Positions 29,806 to 38,500 of a stretch of DNA of 59,476 nt are shown here, piece by piece. The position numbers and the translations under genes were made by a program. The first letter of the stretch is position 1, and each line of letters starts with the position of its first letter. The notes beneath the pieces are model-generated. The model was not told the DNA's origin and searched no databases. It saw only the letters and a program-made list of their open reading frames with translations. Origin of the DNA: an uncultured Gemmatimonadota bacterium (lineage in GTDB: Bacteria > Gemmatimonadota > Gemmatimonadetes > Palauibacterales > Palauibacteraceae); NCBI GenBank assembly GCA_964613475.1, contig CAZTGV010000001.1, positions 1 through 59,476 on the forward strand, read 5' to 3'.

Positions 29806-29869
29806 TTCTCCTGCCCCGGCCCTCGGGCCGGGGCCGCCCGGGGCACCGTGCCCCAAGACCGAAGGAGAG
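29806..29869 (+). promoter_or_regulatory. Putative S6:S18 autoregulatory leader of rpsF
   Basis: TTCTCCT (29806-29812) pairs with the SD-containing AGGAGAG (29863-29869); CCG (29859-29861) lies just 5' of the SD; two internal hairpins. Confidence 0.6.
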
Positions 29870-29873
29870 GAGC

Positions 29874-30245
29874 ATGCGAGACTACGAAGCGGTGTACATC
29901 TTCCGGTCCGCCGCCCCCGATGAGGAGATCGAGGGCAAGCTGGACCGCTACCACGGCATCGTCTCCGGGAACGGGGGGGAGCTCACCGCCGTGGAGCACT
30001 GGGGGAAGCGGCAGCTCTCCTACCCCATCCGCAACGATGCGACCGGTTACTACGTCGTCTCCCAATTCACGGCCGAGCCCGGCGCCGTCGAGGAGCTCGA
30101 GCGCGTCCTCCGGCTCGACGAGGGCCTCCTCCGTCACCTGATCGTCCTCCGCGAGGGAGAGCTGCCGACGCTGCCGTCGAGCCGCGTCGAGGAGGAGGAC
30201 GAGCAGGAGGACGAGGACGAAGACGGCGACGACGAGGAGGAGTGA
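29874..30245 (+). CDS. rpsF: 30S ribosomal protein S6 with acidic tail
   Basis: MRDYEAVYI, WGKRQLSYPI, GYY, LRHLIV. Confidence 0.97.
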   Translation: MRDYEAVYIFRSAAPDEEIEGKLDRYHGIVSGNGGELTAVEHWGKRQLSYPIRNDATGYYVVSQFTAEPGAVEELERVLRLDEGLLRHLIVLREGELPTLPSSRVEEEDEQEDEDEDGDDEEE

Positions 30246-30248
30246 GCG

Positions 30249-30467
30249 ATGGCGTTCCGAAAGGTTTGTCGGCTGTGCGAGCGCAAGGTCGATCGGGTCG
30301 ACTACAAGGACGACCGACTGCTGGACCGCTACATCTCCGACCGGGGGAAGATCCTGCCCCGGCGGGCCACCGGCGCCTGCGCGCGCCACCAGCGGCAGCT
30401 GGCCCTCGCGATCAAGCGCGCCCGGTTCCTGGCGCTGGTACCGTACATCAAGGGCTATCACGGCTGA
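30249..30467 (+). CDS. rpsR: 30S ribosomal protein S18 (Zn-ribbon Cys retained)
   Basis: [40 protein letters not shown]. Confidence 0.97.
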   Translation: MAFRKVCRLCERKVDRVDYKDDRLLDRYISDRGKILPRRATGACARHQRQLALAIKRARFLALVPYIKGYHG

Positions 30468-30529
30468 CGGGCCGGCGCGGGCGGGACGCGGGCTGAGCGA
30501 GATCCCGCCGGGGAGCGGGAGCGGTCCGG

Positions 30530-31459
30530 ATGAATCGGCGCGGCTGGTCGCTGGCCCGGGCGGTGGGCCTCGCCTTCCTGGTGGTGGTGCTGTCGCCGAT
30601 CAATCCGCTCGTGCTGGTGTGCGTGCCGCTCGCGGTGCTCCTGCTCGCCTATCGGCTTCGCAGCCCCTGGTCGGTGGCGCTCGCCGCCCTCCTGCTCCTC
30701 GCCGCCTTCGGCATGGTGCCGGAGCGGCCGTCGCCCCTGTGGCACGCCGAACGCGCCTGGGCGCTCCTGGTGGCCGGCGGCTTCGTGCTGGCCGGCGTCC
30801 TCCGCTTGCGGGGTGGCCTGCTGGTCCGCTGCCTGCTCGGCGTCGGGACGGGAGCGCTGGCGATCGCCCTCTCCGCCGCCGCGAAACCGGCGGTGATCTC
30901 GGAGGTGGACTGGTGGGTCGAGGCCCAGCTCGGGCGGGCCGCGCGGATGGCGTCCGGCTGGCTGGCGGTGCCGGAGAGCCCCTGGTCGGGCTTCGGCACG
31001 GCCGTGCGGGACATCGTGGAGCTCCAGGTGCTGCTCTACCCGGCCCTCCTGGCCCTGGCGACGCTCGCCGCCCTCGCGGTGGCCTGGTTCGTGATCGTCC
31101 GTCTGGAGGGCGTGGGCGAGGCGCTCGCCCCGCTCCGGGACTTCCGTTTCCGGGACGAGCTGGTGTGGCTGCTGATCGGCGGCATCCTGCTCTTTCTCCT
31201 CCCGGCCGGCGAGTGGGCCGAGCGGCTGGGGGAGAACGTCATGGCCTTCATGGGTGGGCTGTACCTGCTCCGCGGTCTCGCGGTGCTGGTGTGGTTGGGG
31301 GCGGCCCTGGTCACCTCGGCCTGGTCCGCCGCCCTGTGGACGGCCCTCGCGCTGCTCTTCTACCCTGTGGTGGTGGGCGCGGCGCTCCTCATGGGACTGA
31401 GCGACACGTGGTTGGACCTGCGGGAGCGGGTTCGGCGGGCGACCGACGACGGCGGCTGA
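30530..31459 (+). CDS. YybS/DUF2232 family membrane protein
   Basis: Polytopic hydrophobic protein between rpsR and rplI; FRFRDELVW, LGLSDTWLDLRER-like C-terminal motif. Confidence 0.8.
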   Translation: MNRRGWSLARAVGLAFLVVVLSPINPLVLVCVPLAVLLLAYRLRSPWSVALAALLLLAAFGMVPERPSPLWHAERAWALLVAGGFVLAGVLRLRGGLLVRCLLGVGTGALAIALSAAAKPAVISEVDWWVEAQLGRAARMASGWLAVPESPWSGFGTAVRDIVELQVLLYPALLALATLAALAVAWFVIVRLEGVGEALAPLRDFRFRDELVWLLIGGILLFLLPAGEWAERLGENVMAFMGGLYLLRGLAVLVWLGAALVTSAWSAALWTALALLFYPVVVGAALLMGLSDTWLDLRERVRRATDDGG

Positions 31460-31529
31460 GCCGCGGACGCATCCGGATACCCCCGGTCGGGCGCGCGGTC
31501 CGACCGGGATTCACGAGAGAGAGGCGGCA

Positions 31530-31976
31530 GTGGAGATCATCCTGAAGCGAGACGTCGAGAACCTCGGCGAGGCCGGGGAGGTCGTGGACGTGAAGCCCGG
31601 CTACGCCCGCAACTACCTGATCCCGAGGGGATTCGCCATGCGGGCGACCGAGGGCAACCGGCGTCGACTGGACGAGGAGCGCCGGCACATCCGGCGAGCC
31701 GAGGGTCGCGAGCGCGAGCGGGCCGAAGGGCTGGCCGAGAAGCTGGACGGGCTGGCCATGACGTTCACCGTGCTCGCCGGCGAGGGCGGCAAGCTCTTCG
31801 GCTCGGTCACTCCCGCGGACATCGCCGACCACCTGGCCAGCGAGGGTCTGGAGGTTGACCGGCGGACGATCGAGCTCGAGGAGCCGATCAAGGAGCTCGG
31901 CGTCTACCAGGTGCCGATCCGTCTCCATCCCGAGGTGCGGCCCGAGGTCAAAGTGTGGGTCGTGGCGGAGGAGTAG
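31530..31976 (+). CDS. rplI: 50S ribosomal protein L9
   Basis: MEIILKRDVENLGEAGEVVDVKPGYARNYLIP, GKLFGSVT, IKELG. Confidence 0.97.
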   Translation: MEIILKRDVENLGEAGEVVDVKPGYARNYLIPRGFAMRATEGNRRRLDEERRHIRRAEGRERERAEGLAEKLDGLAMTFTVLAGEGGKLFGSVTPADIADHLASEGLEVDRRTIELEEPIKELGVYQVPIRLHPEVRPEVKVWVVAEE

Positions 31977-31988
31977 CGGTCGGCCGGC

Positions 31989-32387
31989 ATGGGTCAGGCG
32001 CAGCGGGGCGAGGGACGCTCGGGCGTGCTGGACGGACTCGGCGGCGGGCCGCACCCGGATGAGCTGGCGCGTGCTTCGGTGGCGGCCCTGGAGCGGAACG
32101 CGCGCGAGCCGGTCGTGCTGGACCTCCGCGGGCTGTCGGATGCGACCGACTACTTCCTGATCGCTTCGGGCGATTCCGACGTCCACACCCGGGCGATCGC
32201 GGAGAACGTCCTCGAGCGCATGGAGGCCGGCGGCTTCCGGCCGGTCGGGGTGGAGGGGAAGGCGCAGGGCCGGTGGATCCTGATGGATTTCGTGAACGTG
32301 ATCGTGCACATCTTCCTGCCGCGGGTCCGCGAGTTCTACGGGCTCGAGACCCTCTGGGGAGACGCCCCGCGGCAGTCCCTGTCCTAA
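31989..32387 (+). CDS. rsfS: Ribosome silencing factor RsfS
   Basis: VLDLRGLS.ATDYFLIASG, WILMDFVNVIVHIF, REFYGLETLW. Confidence 0.94.
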   Translation: MGQAQRGEGRSGVLDGLGGGPHPDELARASVAALERNAREPVVLDLRGLSDATDYFLIASGDSDVHTRAIAENVLERMEAGGFRPVGVEGKAQGRWILMDFVNVIVHIFLPRVREFYGLETLWGDAPRQSLS

Positions 32388-32459
32388 CGGGTCGCCGAGG
32401 GCGCCCAGCCACTCGGGCGTCTCGGCGCTCCGCGAGGCCCGCCGCGGGGGTCGCGTTTC

Positions 32460-32489
32460 TTGCGGCCCTTTTCGGCCGGCGGCTATCTT
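32460..32489 (+). promoter_or_regulatory. Putative sigma70 promoter giving a leaderless mRNA for the SPOR/smc unit
   Basis: TTGCGG (32460-32465), 18-nt spacer, TATCTT (32484-32489), then 5 nt to GTG32495; no SD. Confidence 0.55.
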
Positions 32490-32494
32490 CCTCC

Positions 32495-34132
32495 GTGTCT
32501 CACCGTTCGAGCCACGCCCTCCTTCGGGGTCGGTCGGTCGTCCTCGCGCTGCTCCTCGCCGGGTGTGGCGGGGATCGGGATCCGTCCGCCGAGCCGGCGC
32601 CCCGCGGCGTGGAGCTTGTGGCCGGCACCTCCCTGGAGCGTTACGGGCTCCTGACCGTTCCGCGGGAAGGCGGCCCGGCCTCGCTCCGCGCCGTGGAGTC
32701 GCCCGAGCGGGTGCTGTGGACGGGCTCGACCGAGCTGCCCGCCGCCGTCGAGGCGCGGCCGCTCGGCGCGTCGGTCGTGCTCAAGACGGCCGAAGGCGCG
32801 ATCCACCGGTACGATCCGGTGAGGGACCGCCTCGAGGAGTTCGGGAGCGTCTCCTCCGATGCCGTGTGGACCGGGTACGGCGATCGCGGGCTGTGGGTGG
32901 ACCGCCGCGAAGGCGTGGTGGTCGCGGTGGGCGAGGAGGGCGCCTGGCGGTACGACCTCTCCCGTCCCCTCCGGTGGGCGGCGCCGGTCGAGGACGCGGG
33001 CGTGGTCGCCCTGGTCGGTGCGGAGGAGGGACCGACCCTGTGGCTCCTCCGGGCCGGACAGCCGGAGCCCGAGGCGGTCGGCCGGGCCGACGTCCGGCTG
33101 CCCGCCCTGGTGACCGCGTGGGGACGGCGGCTCGTCTTCACCGGCGCGGACGGCCGTACGCTCGTCACCATCGGGCTTCCGCAGCTCGCCGAGGTGGACC
33201 GCTTGGAGCTCGAGGGGGAGGCGGGGGCGCTGGCGGCCTCTCCCTCCTCGCACCAGCTCTACGCCGGCACCGCCTCCGCGCCGCGGGTGGTGGGCGTCAA
33301 CCGGTTCACCGGGCGGACCTGGTCGCTGGCCCGGCTGGAGCGTCCGGCGCGCGCCCTCCGGCCGACCCTGTTCGGCGACGGCCTGCTGGCGCACGACGGG
33401 GCCGAGACCTGGTGGCTGTCGCTGGAGGGGGGAGCGCCGACCGCGCTGCCCACGGAGTGGCGGGAGGACCTTCCCCTCGGCCTTCCCGGGGGCCGCGTCC
33501 TCGCCCTGCGGGACGGGGTGGTCCGACTGCTGGGATCCGACGGAGCCGAGATCGGTCCGGCCCTGGAGGATGAGACCGACGCGTGGTGGGTGCCCGTGCG
33601 GTGGCGCCCGCTGCGCCCGGCGGTGGTGGCCACGCCGGCCGGCGAGCGGGAAGGGGAGGCGGAGGCGCCGACCGCCGGGGAGGACGCGCGGGAGTCGGAG
33701 GCCGTCGTCGCCGGCGCGGACCAGGACGGGCGGACGCCGGGCGGCGAGGCGGGGGACGCGACCGCGGACGTCGAGACGGAGCGGCCGGAGCCGGCGGCGC
33801 CCGAGGTCGCCCGGCCCGACGCGCCGCCGCCGGACGAGGCGCCGGCGGCGCCGCGGGAGATGGACGCGGGCTTCTACGCGATCGTCGCCTCGTCCCAGCG
33901 GTTGCCCGGGGTGGCGGACCTGGCGAGCTCGTTGGGCGAGGCCGGATTCCCGGCCCGCCTACAGCGGCACCGGGACGAGGCCGGCGAGATCTGGTACCGT
34001 TGTCTGGTCGGACCGTACGCCTCGCGGGAGGGGGCGGAGGAAGCGGCGGCCACGCTTCGCCGCGAGAGGGGGTTGCAGGGGTGGATCACGGAAGTGGCGC
34101 CGGACGTCCGGACCGAAGAGATCCAGGGGTAG
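32495..34132 (+). CDS. Lipoprotein: predicted beta-propeller-like N-domain, acidic linker, C-terminal SPOR domain
   Basis: Lipobox LAGC, beta-rich Trp-containing repeats, Ala/Glu/Pro linker, SPOR-like FYAIVASS..WYRCLVGPYASREGAEEAAATL. Confidence 0.8.
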   Translation: MSHRSSHALLRGRSVVLALLLAGCGGDRDPSAEPAPRGVELVAGTSLERYGLLTVPREGGPASLRAVESPERVLWTGSTELPAAVEARPLGASVVLKTAEGAIHRYDPVRDRLEEFGSVSSDAVWTGYGDRGLWVDRREGVVVAVGEEGAWRYDLSRPLRWAAPVEDAGVVALVGAEEGPTLWLLRAGQPEPEAVGRADVRLPALVTAWGRRLVFTGADGRTLVTIGLPQLAEVDRLELEGEAGALAASPSSHQLYAGTASAPRVVGVNRFTGRTWSLARLERPARALRPTLFGDGLLAHDGAETWWLSLEGGAPTALPTEWREDLPLGLPGGRVLALRDGVVRLLGSDGAEIGPALEDETDAWWVPVRWRPLRPAVVATPAGEREGEAEAPTAGEDARESEAVVAGADQDGRTPGGEAGDATADVETERPEPAAPEVARPDAPPPDEAPAAPREMDAGFYAIVASSQRLPGVADLASSLGEAGFPARLQRHRDEAGEIWYRCLVGPYASREGAEEAAATLRRERGLQGWITEVAPDVRTEEIQG

Positions 34133-34146
34133 CGGTCCGCCGTCCC

Positions 34147-35556
34147 GTGCGGGACAGGCCCGAGCTCGAGGCGCGCTTCCTGGCTCGCCAGGTGCCTCCC
34201 GAGGCGCGGGTCGTGGCGCTCGCCTTCTCCGGCGGGGAGGCGGAGCGGGCGGCCCGCGCCGCCGACGCCGCGGCCGCGGGCGTGGCCCGTCGCCGCGAGC
34301 ACACGCTTCTCGTGTGCTGTGAAGGAGGCGGCTCGGCGCTCGACGCCATCCTGGACGCCTCGGAGTCGCCGGGGCTGCTGGCGGCGCTGACGGGCGAGGA
34401 GCGTCTCACCGCGATCGCCCTGCGGCGTGAGGACCGTCCCTACGTGTACCTGCCGGCCGGCGGCCGATCCCTCGACCCGGAGGCGCTGCGTCCCGACGGC
34501 CCCTTCGCGGCCTTCGTGCGCCGCGTCCGAGAGCGCGGAGGAACCCTCCTGCTCTTCGCGTCCGAGGAGCTGCTGGCGGTGAGGGCGTTCTCGAGCCTGC
34601 TGGACGGCTACGTGGCCCTCGGGGACGTATACACGCGCCCGGCCACCCCCGGCGTGCCGCAGCTCGCCCGGCTGGATTTCGAGGAGCCGCGCGCCGCCAC
34701 GGAGGTCCGGAGCGCGCGGGACGAGGCGGCGGCGGGAGCGGACGAGCCCACGGCGGGGAACGAGCCCGCGGCGGCGACCGAGCCGGACGAGCCCGCCGCG
34801 GAGTCCGCGGGAGAGGGCCTCGACGGCCCGCCGGACGGCGAGGCGCGGCCCGGCGGATGGCGTCGGCATCGCGCGCGCGTGAGCCCCCCGCTGGCTCGCA
34901 TCGCGGCCGGGGTGGCGATCGTGGCGCTCCTCCTCGTCGGTTGGTGGGCGGTCGCCCGAGAGGCGGCCGCTCCCGGACCGGCGGGCGGGAGCGTGGACGT
35001 CGCGAGCGCCGACGAGGTCGACCTGGCCGTGGACGGCGAGGCGCTTCTCGCGGCGGTGGACGGCTCCCCCGAGCTTCCCTATTCGGTCCTCATCGCCAGC
35101 TACGCGGCGGCGGCGGACGCCCGGGAGCGGATCGACCGCCTGCGGCGAGCGGACGAGGGCCTCTTCTTCATCGCGCCCACGCCGGTTCGGGGCGCCATCT
35201 ACCACCGGGTGTTCGCCGGCGCCCGGGCGGGCCCGGAGGCGGGGCGGGCGCTCATGCAGCGGCTGGTCGCCTCGGGGCGGAAGGAGACCGCCAGCGCGTG
35301 GGACGTGCGTCCGGCGGGGCTGGCCTTCCGGCTCGGGCTCTTCGCCTCGGAGGGCGCCGCGCGCCGCGCCGCGGAGGCGCTGGAGGAGGAGGGGGTGCCG
35401 GCCTACGTCCTCCCGGCGGGGGAGGAGGACACCCGCGCGTGGCAGGTGCTGGCGGGAGCGTACGAATCGCGAGCCGCCGCCGGGCCGATGGCGGCGCTGC
35501 TGGAGCGGGAGGGGCTGGCGGTGGACCTGGTGACGCGCAGAGGGGAGGACCGGTGA
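34147..35556 (+). CDS. Membrane protein: degenerate MinD/ParA/BY-kinase-like domain, linker, TM, two SPOR domains
   Basis: N-domain follows the MinD/Wzc pattern but lacks GKT; TM IAAGVAIVALLLVGWWAVA; SPOR-like YSVLIASY..YHRVFAG and FRLGLFAS..WQVLAGAYESR. Confidence 0.75.
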   Translation: MRDRPELEARFLARQVPPEARVVALAFSGGEAERAARAADAAAAGVARRREHTLLVCCEGGGSALDAILDASESPGLLAALTGEERLTAIALRREDRPYVYLPAGGRSLDPEALRPDGPFAAFVRRVRERGGTLLLFASEELLAVRAFSSLLDGYVALGDVYTRPATPGVPQLARLDFEEPRAATEVRSARDEAAAGADEPTAGNEPAAATEPDEPAAESAGEGLDGPPDGEARPGGWRRHRARVSPPLARIAAGVAIVALLLVGWWAVAREAAAPGPAGGSVDVASADEVDLAVDGEALLAAVDGSPELPYSVLIASYAAAADARERIDRLRRADEGLFFIAPTPVRGAIYHRVFAGARAGPEAGRALMQRLVASGRKETASAWDVRPAGLAFRLGLFASEGAARRAAEALEEEGVPAYVLPAGEEDTRAWQVLAGAYESRAAAGPMAALLEREGLAVDLVTRRGEDR

Positions 35557-38500
35557 GGATCAAGTCGCTCACGCTCCATGGCTTCAAATCGTTCGCGGAC
35601 CGGACGGAGATCGACCTCCACGAGGGCATCACCGCCGTCGTGGGCCCGAACGGCTGCGGCAAGTCCAACATCTCCGACGCGCTGCGCTGGGTGCTCGGCG
35701 AGCAGCGGCCGACCGCCATCCGGGGCTCCCGCATGGAGGAGGCGATCTTCGGGGGGACGGCGGAGCGCCGGCCGATCCATCGCGCCGAGGTCTCGCTCGC
35801 CTTGTCCAACGAGGACGGGACGCTCTCCCTCCCGTACAGCGAGGTCGTCATCGGGCGCACCGTCCACCGAGGCGGGGAGAGCGACTACGCGTTGAACGGG
35901 GCGAGCTGCCGCCTCAAGGACATCCAGGACCTCTGCCGCGACACCGGGTTGGGCGCGAACGCCTACGCGGTGATCGAGAACCGGATGATCGACGCGATCC
36001 TGAGCGACCGGGCGGAGGAGCGGCGCGCCCTGTTCGAGGAGGCGGCCGAGATCGGGCGCTACAAGGACCGCCGGCGCACGGCCCTGCGCCGGCTCGAGCA
36101 GGCGGAGGCCGACGTCCAGCGGCTGGACGACGTGCTCGGGGAGGTGCAGTCCAAGGTCCGCTCGCTCGCCGCGCAGCGCGGGAGGGCCGACCGGTACCGC
36201 CGGCTGCGCGACCGCCGGCTGCAGCTGGAGGTGGCGTGCGCGGATGCCCGGCTCGAGCGCACCGCCCGGGCGCTGGAGCGGGCCGAGGAGGAGCTCGAAG
36301 CGCTCCGCGACCGACGCCCGGGGGAGGAGACGGCCCTCCGCACGGCCGAGACCGAGGCGGAGGCCCTGCGGGTTCGACTCGCCGAGCGGGAGCGCGAGCG
36401 CTCCGCGGCCGCGCGGCGCCTGGAGGAGAGCCGCCGGGCCGTGGAGGCGCGGGAGCGCGAGCGTCTGGTCGCCGAGGAGCGGGCGGCCGCGGCCCGGGAG
36501 CGGATCGCCGCCATCGACGCGGAGCGCGAACGCCTCGCCCTGCGCCGGGCCGAGGTGGAGGCCGAGGGCGAGCGAGCCGAGAAGGCCGCCGAGGCGGCGA
36601 CGGCCGCGGTGGCGGAGCGGGCGGAGCGGTCGGAGGGGCTCGCCGAGGAGGCGGAGCGGCTGGACGCCCGGCGTCGGTCCGCCGCGGAGGGGGAGGCGGC
36701 CGCGCGCGCGCGGCTCGAGGAGGCGGAACGGGCGCTCGGCCGGCTGCGGGCGGAACGCGAGGCGGCGGAGGATCGGCTCGCGGAGCGCTCCGAGGAGCTG
36801 GCCAGCCGGCGCGAGGCGGCCCGCGAGCTGGAGGCCGCCGAGTCGGAGCTGCGGGAGACGGAGGCGGAGGCAGCCGCGCGGGAAGCGGACGCGGCCGCCG
36901 GCGTCGATGCGTCGGAGGCTCGGGTGGAGGCCGCGCGCGAGGCGCTCGAGGCTCGCCGGGCGGAGGCCCGGACGCTGCGAGACCGGCTGGCGGAGGCCGA
37001 GGGGACGCTCTCCTCCCTCCGCGCGCGGCAGTCCAGCCTCGAGTCGTTCCTCGCCTCGGGGGGCGCGCTGCCCCCCGTGGTGCGAGCGCTCCTGGAGGAG
37101 GGCGCCGGCGGGGCCCGCCTGCACGGCGTCCTGGCCGACGCGATCCGCGCCCCGGCCGACCTGGCGACCGCGGTGGAGGCCCATCTCGGCGCCTACCTGC
37201 ACGCCATCCTCGTGGAGGGCTGGCGCGACGTCGAGCGGCTCCGCGCCTGGCTGCGCACGCGCGAGGGCGAGGACGGGCTCCTGCTGCTTCCGCTCGACCC
37301 GGGACCGGCCGGCCCGGGGACGCCGCCGCCCGCCTCGGGCCGATCGCTGCTGGACGCGGTGGAGGTGCAGGGTCGCGGAGCGGACTGGGCGCGGTCGCTC
37401 CTCGGAGACGTGGCGCTCGCCGAGGCGGGCGCGCCGCCGGAGCGGGGCGCCTGGGTGCGGGCGGACGGCGTGGGCCAGGACGCCCGCGGCGCGGTGCGGC
37501 TCGGCCGGCCGGGCGGAGGGCGCGGGGCCCTGCGCCCGCGCGCGGAGCTGGAAGCGCTGCGCGACCGGACGGCGGAGGCGGCGGCGGCGCGGGAGCGCCT
37601 GCGCGGGGAGCTGGAGGCGGCGGAGGCCCGGGCGGCCGAGGCGGAGGCCGCGGCGCTCGCCCGGGAGCGCGAGCTGGAGGAGGCCGCGCGCGCGCGCCGC
37701 GATGCCGCCGCGGAGCGGGAGGCGGCGGAGGCCCGCCGCGAGCGGCTGGCCGCCGAGCGCCGGGAGGCGGCGCGCCGGATCGAAACGCTCGAGGACGCCC
37801 GCGCCTCGGTGCGCGGCCGGGCCGAGGAGGAGGATGCGCGGCTCGCCGAGTTGAAGGCCGCGCGGGAGGCCGCCGAGGCCGCGCTGGCCGAGGCGCGCGC
37901 CGCGGCGGAAGCGGCGCGGGAGGCGTGGGAGGCGGCCCGCGACCGGCTGCACGACCTGCAGCTCGAGGCCGCCCGCGCCGAGGCGGACGTGCGCGCGGCG
38001 TCCGACGCCCGCCGGCGCGCGGCCCGGGCGCTCGAGGAGCTCGACGCGCGGGCGCGTCGTCTCGCGGAGGAGCGCCGCGGCCAGGAGGAGGCGGTTCAGC
38101 GGGGGCGCGCGGCCCTTGAGACGGGCGAGGAGGAGCTCGACCGCCTGCTCGAGGCCCACGCCCAGACGGAGGGCGAGATGCGGGCCGCCGAGCGTCGTCT
38201 GGACGAGGGACGGGCCGAGCTGGACGAGCGGGAAGCCGCCCTCCGCGAGGCGCGCCGTACGGAGCGGGAGCACGCCGAGCGGCGCCACGCCCTGGAGCTC
38301 GAGGTGGCCGAGCTGCGGGCCGCGCGCGCCTCGGTCCGCGAGCGCCTGGAGACCGAGTGGGACGCCACCCTCGAGGAGCTCCGCCCCCGGGTCGAGCCGC
38401 CGGAGCCGGAGGCCGGCGGGTCGGAGGCGTGGGAGGAGGAGCTGGAGGACGTCCGCCGTGGCCTCGCCCGGCTCGGACCGGTCAATCTGCTGGCCGAGGA

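Noticed and set aside
36100-38500. Apparent repeats (GAGGCGGCG/GCCGAG runs) inside smc
   Set aside because: They reflect Ala/Glu/Arg-rich coiled-coil heptads, not a DNA repeat element.
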